Assembly: GCA_964106645.2 (NCBI GenBank)
Contig: OZ067043.1
Strand: one strand, 5' to 3'
Source of the DNA: Podarcis pityusensis
Lineage: Eukaryota
Length of the DNA: 64,000 nucleotides
Positions 1-12,500 of the stretch are shown here, piece after piece (positions within the stretch are counted from its first letter, which is position 1; each line of letters opens with the position of its first letter). The position numbers were made by a program, and so were the translations under genes. A model generated the notes under the pieces. The model did not search any database. It was not told the DNA's origin and saw nothing but the letters and a program-made list of their open reading frames with translations.

Positions 1-521
1 TTATGGTATGTTAGGAACTGATCTCTGGCTCACAGTTTAAATGCTATTCAAATATTTTAACATATTTACATCAGCTTCCAATTTCACTGCAACTTCAAAA
101 TGCAGAAGCTACATGTAAACAAAGCATTATTAACTTGGCTTTAAAACCAAAATAGAAACATAATTTTTTCCAAAGTGAAACTTAATTTTTAAAATCACAA
201 TTACGATCCATAGCAGAGACTTAACACTAAAACTCCACACCCGGAATTTAGAACATACAACCCATAGGCCATATCCAGTCACCAAGCCCTTTCTCTAAGT
301 AGGGAAGAGGTCACTGCTGCAAGATAAGTCACTTACAGGTCAGTCATTCTAAGACACAGACAAGCAAGCAATATGCAATTCAGCCAGCAATTCCCAGAAA
401 TAGAGGCCTGTGTTGAGTTGTTTGCACTTAATGAAGACACAATGGCAATCACACACAAATTGTTTGAAAAGTAATGACTCCATACTCTCCAATGTGGGTG
501 GAAAAATCCTTACAAACTTAC

Positions 522-607
522 CTCTTTCAGAGCTTTTAATAACCGAGGTCGCTTTTCCTCAACACTTTCCCTAGACTGTTGTTTCAGTTTCCTTAGAAGT
601 GCTGTAA
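522..607 (-). CDS. ANKRD13C: ANKRD13C exon 4 (ITALLRKLKQQSRESVEEKRPRLLKALKE); gene continues beyond window start
   Basis: 86 nt, tttag|...|gtaagt, frame continuous with exon 3. Confidence 0.94.
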
Positions 608-724
608 CTAAATAAATACACTGTAAGTCCAATGTAAAGGCAATCATGTTAAGCATCCACTAAGCTGGGAGCTGCCTTTACCTTTTGTAATGGCTGGTGG
701 CAAAAGAGAAATCAGCATCAATTG

Positions 725-957
725 CAGGGCCACCTCTACTGCCGGCAGAGAAGCAGCGTCGGCATCAGCACCAATTACAGGTGAGATCTTGCTGGAATCG
801 CACAAGATCTTGCACCCTCCACAAGATTTCACATAATTTTGGATGATACTGGTGCCGCTTCTGCAGCATGGGCAGGGTGCCCATGGGGCTGCCATACTGG
901 GGGTTTCTGCCACCTGAGACAGCCGCCATAGTCTGCCTAATGGCAGAGGCGGCTCTG
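725..957. mobile_element. hAT-type MITE
   Basis: TIRs CAGGGCCACCTCT / AGAGGCGGCTCTG; 8-bp flanks atcaattg / gtcaatta. Confidence 0.7.
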
Positions 958-1726
958 GTCAATTAGTAGCTTTTCATTACTTAAGCAGTATTGTCAAATA
1001 AATAAAACAAAGTTCAGTGAAGTAAACTGACAACAGTAGGCCATATACTACCATTCAGAGACAAATATACAAAGCTTCCATGGGGCAAGTGAAAGATCTC
1101 GGAATACTAAGTGTTTCAGTGTTACTGAAAGTGTGATCTAATCAGTAATCTGGATCAGAGACCACTGGGAGTCTCATAAACATGCACAAAGCCAACATGT
1201 GTGCTTTCCCTAAGAGTTTGCCTTTTGGAAATGAAGCAGTTACAGCAATGTTGTTTCCTCTTCAAAACCTCTGGCATACAATTCCCAGACTGTTTTCTGA
1301 AGGAATTTAAACAGCAATTTGGGGTTTCTGTAGGGGAGTTTTCATTAAGACATTTCCAAATTCAGGTACAAACATGCTCCTCCCAGCTTTGACCATAATG
1401 CTAATGCTCCTTATGCTTAAAATAAACCCTCATTTAAGTTCTGGAGCTGTACATCAACACACCATTGATCAGGCACACTTAACTGCTAACCTACAGCATA
1501 ACATTTGATATGCTATTTTCTATTGCACTTGTATATAATTAAATGAATAAATCACCCATCCTGAACATTCTATGTAAGTAGCAATGCAAAAGTTGTAAAT
1601 ACAGCTTTGGAATGTTATATGTAATAAATAAAAAATTGATACGTACGTCATATTAAGCAAGAGTAGCTTGCATTTTAAATCAAACTCTCAGTAATTTGTG
1701 CCAAATAAAACTAAAAGTTTATATTT

Positions 1727-1989
1727 GAAGAAGAAGAAGAAGAGGAGGAGGAGTTTGGATTTGATATCCCACCTTTCACTCCCTTTAAGGAGTCTCAAAG
1801 CGGCTAACATTCTCATTTCCCTTCCTCCCCCACAACAAACACTCTGTGAGGTGAGTGGGGCTGAGAGACTTCAGAGAAGTGTGGCTGGCCCAAGGTCACC
1901 CAGCAGCTGCATGTGGAGGAGCGGAGACGCGAACCCGGTTCCCCAGATTACGAGACTACCGCTCTTAACCACTACACCACACTGGCTCT
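1727..1989 (-). mobile_element. tRNA-derived SINE (Squam3-like, (CTT)n tail)
   Basis: Pol III A/B-box head on the minus strand and a GAA repeat tail; near-identical to the copy at 44445-44692. Confidence 0.85.
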
Positions 1990-2376
1990 GAACTGAAAAT
2001 GATATTCATTAGTCATGAAAGACTTTATCTTTACAAAAGCTCGAGAAGCAAGGTAAATCAAGCAAGTCAGGTTTTTATAATTTGGGAACATTTCAGTTGA
2101 GAAGCAGGATAATGTAGCACCACCACATTGCCTTCTTAAAGAATGAGAACTCCGAACAGCATGGATTTCAACACTTGCTGGTTGACTAACTCCTACCAAA
2201 CAACAACAAAGGTGCAATGCTGCTCTTGATATAGTCATACTTATTGCTAGTACCAGTGTAAACCTTAATATGAGGAGCTTGAGCTGGACCTGGAATTATC
2301 CTGGACAATCTGCAGAAAAGCCTAACATGAGCACTTGCCTTTACAAATTATCTCAAGATTAGGTGTTCATGATCTA

Positions 2377-2639
2377 CAGTGGTACCTCTGGATGCGAACT
2401 GGGTCCATTCCAGAGCCCCGTTCTCATCCTGAAGCGAACGCAACCCGCGTCCGCACGGGTCGCAATTTGCCGCTTCCGCACATGTGCGTGACATCACTTT
2501 GCGCATGATGTCATTTTGAGCGTCTGCACATGCGCGAGCGGCAAAACCTGGAAGTAACGCACTTTGTTACTTCTGGGTCACCACGGAGCGCAACCCAAAA
2601 ATATTCATCCCGAAGCATATCTAACCCGAGGTATGACTC
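2377..2639. mobile_element. Tc1/mariner (Tigger-like) MITE
   Basis: TA|CAGTGGTACCTC left end, degenerate GAGGTATGACT right end, CpG-rich interior. Confidence 0.75.
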
Positions 2640-2734
2640 TACACATTTCAGTCACAATTTGCAGTAAGCTGATCTTAATGACTAAATGGATTTCGTGTAT
2701 TTATGTCCAGACAACCAGAGCGACAGTTTCTTAC

Positions 2735-2839
2735 TCATTTGTCTATCTCCATAGCTGATGGCTTCTGCGAGAGGACTCCATCCCTGAGCATTTTTCACTT
2801 TCACAGGAGCATTGTGGGCCAAAAGCAGGTGGGCACATT
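2735..2839 (-). CDS. ANKRD13C: ANKRD13C exon 3 (ECAHLLLAHNAPVKVKNAQGWSPLAEAISYGDRQM-I)
   Basis: 105 nt, tag|...|gtaag, ankyrin repeat, within ORF 2682..2942. Confidence 0.95.
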
Positions 2840-3899
2840 CTATAACAAAGTATGGGACAATAATTATTTTCCAAATAAGACCATCAGATTGCTTCTCTGT
2901 GAAGAGCCACTTACCATTTGAAAAAAATACTGACGTAAACAAGTTTTGAACTTACTGAAGTTTGAGCAGCACATAAAATCAAGCTAACCAATGACCTATT
3001 TTGCATTTGAAACCGTTTATGTAGCATTTGGTGCAAAGCAAAATCTAGTGGGTGGTATCTGACTAAGTCATACTCATGGTTAACGTTAAGTGAACGTGAT
3101 TTCAATAGATCTGTTCTATGACTTAGGCTGCATTCTTAACTATGTCTACTCCTATTGAATTTAATGGTGGTTACTCACAGGTTAAGTGGGGTTAGTCTTG
3201 CAGCCACAGCTAGGTACAACCTAGTGTCTGAATTGTATCCAAATGATGTCTTTCTACTGACAGAAGTCTCTGATCCAATAGAGGCTTCCATCAGCAGGAC
3301 AGGGAGGTAGACGGACTTTCAACAATTCCCAGAGTCCCCTGAGCAGTGCCCCCATCGCACAATCTATTCCTGGGGGTTGGGAGAAAAAGATAGAACCTGT
3401 GGTACTATGATGATTTAGTGATATATACCTTTAGGAACTATTTTGATTGAGCAAGTCAATCAAAAATATTTAAGAGCAGTTTCACTCCCTATGTATACAC
3501 AAATAACAGCAACAGGAGATTAACAGGAAATGCTTCAACAGTCTTGACTGCCATAGAGGAAACCTAACCTGAATCCACCGTACCTAATTAAACAAAGTAT
3601 ACTGAGCTGATGGGATTGTTTGGCGCTGTATCTTAACTAGGCAAGTAAACCAAGGAGTCCAGTGGAAAATGAGGAATGGAGACAACACTTATGGCTAACA
3701 GTTTTAAATTTATTGGGAATTACAAAGAACTTTATATCCTACGCTACACTGCTATTCTACTTGAACAAGAAATAAAAGCTGCCTTTTTAAACAAAAAAAG
3801 TAAACTCAAAACAACTTAAAATGAAACGAATATAAACCTAAAACAAAATGAAAGCCATGGTACACCTGCATCAGCACAACCAGGCACTTTCAACTACCC

Positions 3900-4520
3900 A
3901 AACTAAAACAAAACATGCCTCTCCCATATTGATTTCCAATGGTTTGACTTCATGGCATACTCTTCCAGTGCCTCCTGAGACAGGCGGATGCCAAACAACA
4001 TAAAAGGCAGTCAAACACCATCCCACCCACCAAAGGAAGCCACAATATCTTAAAATAAGATGCTTTGGTGCCAAGACCAAATATGGGTGCAAAGGAGAGG
4101 AAGGAATCAAATAAACCTGAGCAGCACAAAAATCAACAAGAGGGTGAGGTAGTGACATTGGCAAAAAAAAAAAAGAACACACAATGCAAATCAGAGGAAA
4201 GATAACAGAGCATGTAGTATGAATCTTAAGGACCAGGCTGAGAGGGTGAAAGCAGAAAGTGAGAGCTTCTCCCCAGCAGAAATGCTGAAAGAGTATTAGA
4301 TTAGTAGGAAGAGTCAGAGAAACCTCAGGCATAAGAGGGTAATCAGCAGTATCAAAAGCAGTAAAGTCAAGCATAAGTAGAGAAGAGATGACAAAGCAAT
4401 TTTGCTGAGGACATTTGACAATAGGGTACTAAGTGCAGAATACAGATTGTAGTGGCTCTAGACAGAGCTGAGCCTCATAGAGTAACCAGTTTGATCCTGG
4501 AGTCTGAGGGTAAAGGGTGG
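3900..4520 (-). mobile_element. Very old L2-type LINE reverse transcriptase remnant
   Basis: Degenerate RT motifs in the correct order on the minus strand: LEPLQSVF (LDPLQSGF), LDFTAFDTADY (LDLSAAFDTVDH), CSVIFPL (GSVLGPL), AAQVYL (DDTQIYL). Confidence 0.6.
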
Positions 4521-5768
4521 AAAGGAAATTAATGGAGAACAACCGCTTTCACAGTAAGGGAACAGCAGACATTAAGTGGGAAAGCACCTGCAGTGTTCTT
4601 GTTTCTAGGATCTACTTATCCAAGAATCAATTCCCAGAGAATATCTGCTTTCAGTGTTGATGGTTATGACAGCAATGCCTTCAGGATAACAAATGAACTT
4701 TCCACTAAAATTACTTAACTGGCAAATGCAGGAATCTTTTTGCCCAATGTTCTTCTGACTGAGCTATCCCACAGGGTCTGAGTTACAAATTTCTAATAAC
4801 CTGAGAATCTTCTATCCAACACCTATTTAATACTGAAAAGGCATTTCAGTAACTGGAGAGGCAGAGGGTTAGAAGCTTCCACATCTGCCAGTAATGTACA
4901 CTGCATTATGTTGCATTGGTAGGACTTGAACAGAGAATGAAGGTACTTGTGCACCTGCTAGCAGCTATTTTATCCTCTCTGGAAAAGCCTCTCTCATAGT
5001 CCACAGTCCCCTGTTCTACAAAAGCTATGATATGGCCTTTGTTGATTTTAAAAGAGGGACCAGTCTTTTTCCATTATATTTTCCATTATTTCCATTATTA
5101 ATATTCTAGCTTTTAGGACCAATTATTATGACTAGCCTGGTTCCTAACTTGACTGGACCTGGAGAAAATGAAATGAAGGCAGCAGCCTTCATTAATTTTT
5201 CTGAACTTTTTGCAGATAGTTCTGAACAGCATCTCATAGCTTCTCTGCCTACCATACTTCATTCCAATTTATTTGGAATTTTCTCTTAAGTCACTGCAAG
5301 ACAAGCAAGGGGCAATACAGACCCTTTTCTCTGTGCCCCTTCTTGTTCCTCGCAATAAAGTAACAATGGTAAGGATTCAGGACTGGGCAAGGTAGACATG
5401 TGAAGGGAACTCCCCTCCCCACAACCTTCTGAGCAGCTCTTGCCATTCAGAAGCAAAGGGCACTGAAAAGCACAAGCGTGACCATGCCCCCAGCTCACAG
5501 TAAAACAGCACTGGCTGCATTTTCACAAAGGGCTCTGTGAAAGAGATGTGTTTCTTCTTCATCTAACTGCAGTTCCCAACAGCCACCACCACCACCACCA
5601 CCACCACCACCATGATCTAGGGAAAGCTATGAGAAGGTGAATTCTCCCCTTGTTTGCTCTGTTATTCCCTTTTCCTTGTTTTGAGAAATATGATCTGGAG
5701 GCTCTAGTTGCTACGTTTGATGCTGCATACATTTTTTTAAAAGCAAATATAAATGAAGTCTTACCAAC

Positions 5769-5810
5769 CTTTATGCCCCAGCATCACAGCCAGATGTAAA
5801 GGAGTGTTTC
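5769..5810 (-). CDS. ANKRD13C: ANKRD13C exon 2 (GNTPLHLAVMLGHK-E), ankyrin TPLH motif
   Basis: 42 nt between tag| and |gttggt. Phase 1-1 joins exons 1 and 3 in frame. Not in the ORF track. Confidence 0.93.
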
Positions 5811-6789
5811 CTATTTAAATGAATAAACAAACAAAGAAGATTTTAAATCAGTAATTAGACTGAATAAAACATCAAGTTTCACGCTGATAAATGGTCCTAA
5901 TATCAATTATGAGTTAAATATAGCAAACCTACTATTGTCAATTTGACAATAAAGAATAAGGAGTGTTAACTCACATGACAATTCACTTTGATACATTATC
6001 TGTATTGGGTCAATCTTCAGTTTTACTCCTGGGCAATTAAGAGGACAGGAATAATTAAAGAATATTGGAAAGAAAAAGAAAGAAATCAAGTGACATTCCG
6101 TCACTCTAAATTAATTAAGGCCTGTAAAGTCTCCAATGTTATCAAAACTGACGGATGTAGGTCACTACACATAAGGGATATATTCTAATAAAAAATTAAA
6201 CAGCATGTTTTATTTATTCATTGCATAGATCCAGTTTTACAGACAAGATATGTTATTAAAAGTACCTTAATGAAAACCAGAGAGCTTGAAGTCACTCAAA
6301 ATACATAATTACTATAAAATATTACAGTAACAGCTTACAGTTATGTAAAAACAGAATTATGAGTATTGTACTGTTGCAATATACTTGAACAGAATTCACA
6401 CTGGACAGAGAAATCAGCTGCTTCAGAACCTTAACTTTTATTTTTATGGCAGTTAAGAAATGCAATGGCTGGAAAAATCAAACAAGAATGAAAAGATAAG
6501 CAGGACGCTTATACCACCCTAAGGGTGGTATCCAACACTGCACTATGATGAACATGCCATCTGCACAAGCATTGTAGATTGCCAGACAGAATTGTCTCCC
6601 CACTTCTTCTCTGCATGCCGTTCTTGGGTTTCTGCTGGGTTGCACTGGGGGAGGAGAGGCGGGAAATCTCTATTTTACAAGTGATAGTCCTTGAGAAGGG
6701 ATTCCATCAATGATCACATAAAATAACCTGCCCCCAGTTAATTATATCCATAATAATTGATGACAGCTTGTATCTGGGTTGCAAAGAGA

Positions 6790-7192
6790 GCTCTACCTCT
6801 CTTTCAGAACCAGTGAAGATGCTGAAGATCCTATGTGAGTATCTGGAGGATGGATGGCGGCTAACAGATTGAAGTTGAATCCTGACAAGACAGAAGTACT
6901 GTTTTGGGGAGACAGGAGGCAGGCAGGTGTGGAGGACTTCCTGGTCCTGAATAGGGTAACTGTGCCCCTGAAGGACCAGGTGCACAGCCTGGGAGTCATT
7001 TTGGACACACAGCTGTCCATGGAGGCGCAGGTCAATTCTGTGTCCAGGGCAGCTGTTTATCAGCTCCATCTGGTACGCAGGCTGAGACCCTACCTGCCCG
7101 CAGACTGTCTCGCCAGTGTGGTGCATGCTCTAGTTATCTCTCGCTTGGACTACTGTAATGCACTCTATGTGGGGCTACTTTTGAAGGTAACC
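6790..7192 (+). mobile_element. L2 LINE fragment (RT C-terminal region)
   Basis: ORF 6854..7198 contains WMAANRLKLNPDKTEVL, LGVILD and SRLDYCNALYVGL, typical of L2 ORF2. Confidence 0.9.
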
Positions 7193-8146
7193 AACTGACA
7201 CATTTAACTTACAGGATTTTGATTTTACGCAGTTGACAGCGAGCCAGTTGAATTTGCACAAATTAAATGCATGGAAGGCAAAGAGCTTAAACTTTTAAGT
7301 TCTCTGTCTTGCTTACCAGGTTCTGGGAGGCTCTGGGAAGATTTCACAGGAACACATGTGATCTTGCAAGAGCCACCCAGAGCCCAGTAAGCAAGGCAAA
7401 GAGCTTAAAAGCTTTCTGCCTTGTTAAGGGGGGGCAGAGTTTAAGACTCATTTGACACACCAACTCCAGAAAGTAAGAGTGCTAGCATGGGGGTGATTCC
7501 AAGGGAGTGGTTTAACTACACATTTTTGCGCATACACACCACCCCTAGAATATAACCCTCTGTCTCTCTCTATATAACCCTTGCACAAGACGTGAGATGC
7601 TGTATATAAATAAGAACATATAAACACTTTTCTTTAAGACTATTTTTAGTAATACAGAAACATGCAGATTTAATTACTTGATGAAAATGTACAATAGACT
7701 AAAAATCAGAAGCCAGTTTTTGCTGGAATATCATTGTGCACACAGCCTCAGCAGTGCTGATCTGTTTAACCTAGGGCACTGTTATAAACATTGCACATGC
7801 AGCTCTCTCTCTCTGTGGCTGTCAGATGCTCTAACACACACTAGTACAACAAGGCAGATCAGATTCAACCCCATTAAGCCATCCCTGGTCTAACCAAAAG
7901 GTTAGTCTATTTGATTATCAAGCTTCCTGGGCTACAACCCAGTCTTTCTTTTGTTCTGAAACTGTTTTTATTGTGAAGCTTTTGTTCTGAAGGGCAGGTT
8001 GAAGTTCATTACAACTCCAACAGATTATTTTTTGGCATCCTGGGGCATATTTTTCTGGGGAAATCTCTAAACAAGAAAATGCATACTTCCTGGTCTTCGT
8101 TGTAATACCAGTTTGAGCTTTTTACCCAACAGAAAATCACCTTTGT

Positions 8147-8259
8147 GCATGCAACACTAATGTCTCACAACAAATGAAACTGATCTGTAGAAAACATAAC
8201 TTGAAAAAAAGAGACAATGCACGTATTTTTGTAAACTAGGAAATCTTTAATAAAAAGAA
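8147..8259 (+). mobile_element. 113-bp retrotransposed 3' fragment (L1-type TPRT insertion)
   Basis: Perfect 16-bp TSD AGAAAATCACCTTTGT (8131-8146, 8260-8275); AATAAA and an A-rich tail. Confidence 0.75.
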
Positions 8260-8285
8260 AGAAAATCACCTTTGTTTCCCTAGCC

Positions 8286-8415
8286 CAGGCATAGGCAAAC
8301 TCGCCCCTCCAGATGTTTTGGGACTACAACTCCCATCATCCCTAGCTAACAGGACCAGTGGTCAGGGATGATGGTAGTCCCAAAACATCTGAAGGGCCGA
8401 GTTTGCCTATGCCTG
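8286..8415. mobile_element. Palindromic hAT MITE (~130-bp GGGACTACAACTCCCATCATCCC family)
   Basis: TIRs CAGGCATAGGCAAACTC; TSD ccctagcc / ccctagtc. Confidence 0.88.
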
Positions 8416-8828
8416 CCCTAGTCCCTGTGAGAAATGAGATATGACTGACCAAAGACCTCAAAATGCCAGGGTGCATTTGATGTAAAGGAATAGGTCCTAA
8501 TCTACTTTGTCCTCAGCTACAATTCAGCTGACTGGATAACCATCCACGGCAGTGTAATTGGATGCTGCTAGTCAGACATAGAATTAAGTGTGTTCTAATG
8601 AGGTTCCAATATTATCCTTGGAAATGGATCAAAGCTGTAGTTAATCACACAAAACCTATGCCTACCTTACCATCATGGTGTAAGAAAATGTGCCCATGAA
8701 TGTATCACTGCACTGATCTCGCTGGCAGTCTTAAAATGGCAGGGAGACAACCTATAACAGTGACATAAGATAAGCCACCACAATACCAGTATTTGCCCTA
8801 CTGAAGTAAATTGGGCTGGAACAGCAAG

Positions 8829-8886
8829 CAATCAAGAGGTTATATTAATACAATCAAGAGGTTATAATCAATCAAGAGGTTATAAT
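8829..8886. repeat. Short tandem repeat, 3 x CAATCAAGAGGTTATA
   Basis: Seen directly. Confidence 0.85.
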
Positions 8887-9589
8887 ATTGTATTACTAAA
8901 CTAATATTGTGGATTTAAACTCAAAATTTGAGATAAATGAAAGCTAGTTTCCAATCTTAAATTTAGCTTAGCTTCAAGACACACACTTTGCATTATGACA
9001 ACTTTTCAACAGAAATGTGTTATTTAGCCACAAACTGAAATAAACAAATACAGAAAATGGTAGCTATGCCCGTTTTTAAAATTAGTTTACAACTTAGTTC
9101 TTGCTCACTGGAAATCTTATAATTATTTGGACCAGTTTGAATTAATAATGCTCTATAATAAAAGGCTAATACCTCAATCCTACATCTACTCAGATGTAAA
9201 TCCCATTGAATTTAGTGAGGCTTACTTTCAGGTAAGTGGATCTAGGACTGAACAATAAATATAACTCTTTCCATTAAGAAAATTCCAGTGGATTGATATG
9301 ACATTTAGTAAATTACACTAAGTTCTACCAGATAAAAAGATCAAAGTAAAAATAACAAGAAGAATCTCAAAGACTCATAGCAACTTCTCATAGAAATAAA
9401 TGCAACTAAAATTAAGCATACCCTTTAGATCTAGTAGGTATTAAAAACTGGCTGAAGTACAAATTCATGGCTGTAGGTAAAACTGTAGGTGGCATAACAA
9501 TTATTCTCCTGGAAAATCAAACCACTGAGTAATAGTGACTAATTTCCAGAAAGGCAGTTTTCTATCTTCAGAAGAGAGATGTTCCTACC

Positions 9590-9725
9590 ACGTGTGGGGA
9601 ACCTCTGGCTTTCCAGATATTGCTGAACTATGTCCCATCATCTCTGGCCACCGGCCATGCTTGCTGGGGTTGGTGGGAGTTGTAGTTCAGAAACATTTAG
9701 AGAGCCAAAAGTTCCTCAACCTTGT
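9590..9725. mobile_element. Degenerate copy of the palindromic hAT MITE family (similar remnants at ~24325-24460, ~47466-47585, ~56613-56675)
   Basis: CCAGAT..TTGCTGAACTA..TCCCATCA...TGGGAGTTGTAGT core. Confidence 0.65.
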
Positions 9726-10599
9726 TTTATATTAAGGTCCTTCCAATGGGCAGAGAGAGAAGAGATTGCATGTACTCCAATATAACTGAGAATGCACTGA
9801 ATTCAACAGGTAGTACTTCCAAGGGTGCATCTGATCGCAGCAGAATAGCCTCCCCAAATAACACTATTTGCACATTGGGCATCTCTTAGTAAAGGAAGCA
9901 TTTCTGCTAACAACTATGGTTGACTACAACTGTTTCAGATGAGAAAGTGTTCATTCCTACTTCAGAACTAACATGATACTTCAAAGTATATTATTAGAGT
10001 CACACAGGCCTGTACAAGAATCAGAATCATCATAAATAGGGGAAAATAACCATGTCTGCACTTTTGATTGGTACATCCACTCTGAGAGAAAGGAGAGATC
10101 TTATACACATTAGCTGTTTTGTTTACATGAAAAATTAATTCCTCCGGTTCCGCCTTCAAAGGCAGGAAAATTGTATTCATTCGGCTAGCCAATGACTAAG
10201 TGAGTCGTCAACCTTTACTCTAATTTCCACTGGATAAAATAAAAGCATAATATGTTTTTCAAGTTCAGGAAGTACACTGCCCCATCAGCATTCCTGTAGG
10301 CAATTTAGAAATCAACACAGGAGCCAATTCCTCTCTAAAGTGTGTTACACAAGCATACGTGTGCATATATACATACACAGGTCTCATCAGTGTTTCTTAT
10401 CACAATCCAAAACTGGGATAGCAGTAGTTCTGTCACTTACTTCCTGCTTTTTAAAACAGGCTTATTAACATCCCCCCCCCCCATTAGACAAGACGCTCCA
10501 GAAGCCTTTCCGAACTAAAGCTTCTTTACTGGGTCAGGATCGGTTTAGGGCATGAGATGCCCAAGCGTAAAAGCAGACACAGATGCCAAGGGAGGTGAA

Positions 10600-12250
10600 G
10601 AGAGATCTCAGGTCGATCCGCATCTAGGTTAAGGTGATCACGGATAGAGAGGTTTAACCGGTAGCAAGCCGGTGCGCAGCCGTCCCCCGCCACTGCAGAA
10701 AAGATCGGGTGGGGAGATGCAGTGCCGAAAAACACGTAATAAGGGCAATGACCAGCGGAGGTGGAAACTCAAGGCGCCTATAACGGGGGCGTTAGACACA
10801 TAGCGCGCTGGGGACAAAACGGAGCTCGAGAGACCGGGCAGCAGGATGTCCTTATCTCCGGGGAGGCCCAGGGATAGTCGACCTTCCCCCAGGGTGGCCG
10901 GGCGAGCCCTGCCGCTTACCGTGGCTGTCCTTCTGGCCGATGCCCTGCGTGCGGATCAGAGCCGACAGCCGCCTGACGTCCCCCTTGAAGACGCACTCGT
11001 GCACGGGGAACTGCGCCGACGGGCCCTTGTCCGGCTCGGCGGCGGCGGACCCGCCGGTTCCCCCCTTGAGCGGCAGCCGGTGGTGGTTGGTGGTGAAGAT
11101 GCGGTGGCTCCCGGCGCGGCCGCTTTTGCCGGCCCCCGGCCGGCCCCCGGTGAAGGCTCCCCCGCCGCCGCTGCCTGGCGCGGCCGCCGCCTCTTCCTCT
11201 CCGGGCGCCAGCAGGTCCCCGTCCTCCTTGCTGGGCTTGTGGTCCCTGCGCAGCGAGCGCAGCTTCTCTCCGGTCATCGCCAGCGGCGGCCCCGGGCGCT
11301 GGGGGGCCCCGGCGGGGAGAAGCGGCGCCGCAGTCGCTGCCGCGGGGGGCTCGGCGAGCTCAGAGCCGCGGCGGAGGGTCTCTTCCGGGCTGCAGCATCC
11401 CCCCTTCCCGCCGCACACACTCGCCGCCCGCCGCCCAGGGACTCCCCGCAGGCCGAGGAGGCTCCGCGCTCCTTCTGAACCGCCTTCCACCTGCCGCTCC
11501 TCTCAGCGGCTAGACCACGCCGCCATCTTGTCGGAGGGGTCTCGCGAGAGCGGAGCGGCTCCGCCGGGCGAGATCGAGGCGCTCTCGCGAGATGGTGACC
11601 TCCGGCGCCTGCCGTGGGAAGGAGGCGAAAGTCCCGGCGGGACTGTTCCGAAGGCGGGGTCGCTGCTCTGAGCGGCGAGGTGGGACGGGGGGGGGGGGGG
11701 GACAGCCCTAGTGAGTTTATTGGGGAGACGCCTGCCCCCCCCCGTTGAGTCCTGACAATTTACCGGCCGTGTTGCGGTTCTGGCTGGCTCACCTGTGGAC
11801 GCCCAGGTGCTGCCAGACTCCCAGTCTCCGCCACGTGTATGCACGTGGGGTGCTGGTGGGAGCCGGAGCCCAGGAACAGCTGGGGGCCTTACAGGATGGC
11901 AGCCGAGGTCCCTTTACCCCGCCCCTAAAATATTTCCCAAATATCCCCTCTCCCAAAATTAATAGTCATTGCTAATCAAATGATCTTCGTGTGTGCCGCA
12001 TCTTGTGATCGATTATTCAAGTTGGCACCCCTGATCTTGCAGATGAGTCTCTCCCAGGAGAGGAAGGGACGAAGGTTGCATTTGCCTGCTTTTTTCCGTG
12101 GCACAATTTTCATGGGAGTGGGAGACGTGCACATGGCCGGTGGCAGTGGAAACGGGTGCAGAGTGGGGCTGCGGAATAGAAGACAGGAAAGGCTTCAGAG
12201 TTGGGGTAGGGGAAAGTGAGCTTAGTAGTCGCATGGGGTGGGAAGGGAGA
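10600..12250. promoter_or_regulatory. CpG island / ANKRD13C promoter and first exon
   Basis: Very GC- and CpG-rich against an AT-rich background. Contains a YY1 motif (CAAGATGGCGGC, minus strand, ~11519-11530) and two TCTCGCGAGA palindromes (11540-11549, 11583-11592). Boundaries approximate. Confidence 0.85.
10920..11277 (-). CDS. ANKRD13C: ANKRD13C coding exon 1 (MTGEKLRSLRRDHKPSKEDGDLL...FPVHECVFKGDVRRLSALIRTQGIGQKDSH-G)
   Basis: The translation matches the recalled ANKRD13C N-terminus and first ankyrin repeat. ATG is at 11277-11275. The exon ends at donor G|GTAAG, is 358 nt (phase 1) and lies in a CpG island. Confidence 0.95.
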
Positions 12251-12354
12251 AGCTCTGGCGGTTCGTGTTGGCGAGTGGAGTGAGCCTCCTAGTTAATTCA
12301 TCATTTCTTCTTTTCTTTAGGACTGCAATACGAAATATACTGGGAAGAAAGCCT

Positions 12355-12500
12355 CATTATTTATTTATTTTTTACACCACCGTTTATCCGAGGATCACAG
12401 GGCGGTTTACAATATAAAAACACAGAAATGCATAACATTGGAACAAACAAAAACAACAACACCCTCACCCCCGTTTAAAAGTCCTGGGAGAAGAGGAATG
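12355..12500 (-). mobile_element. L2-type 3' tail remnant
   Basis: (ATTT)n followed by ACACCACCG...GGGCGGTTTACA, the antisense form of an L2/SINE tail. Confidence 0.5.

Noticed and set aside
3871-4374. 167-aa minus-strand ORF as a novel gene
   Set aside because: Carries decayed L2 RT motifs; a retroelement fossil.
6854-7198. 114-aa ORF as a host gene
   Set aside because: It is an L2 ORF2 fragment.
8829-8886. CRISPR-like spaced repeats (also 23998-24064 and 42655-42740)
   Set aside because: Eukaryotic DNA with no unique spacers and no cas genes; simple tandem duplications.
10846-11671. Long plus-strand ORFs (210 and 243 aa) antisense to ANKRD13C exon 1
   Set aside because: Stop-poor GC-rich DNA, Pro/Ala/Arg-biased, with no recognisable domain.
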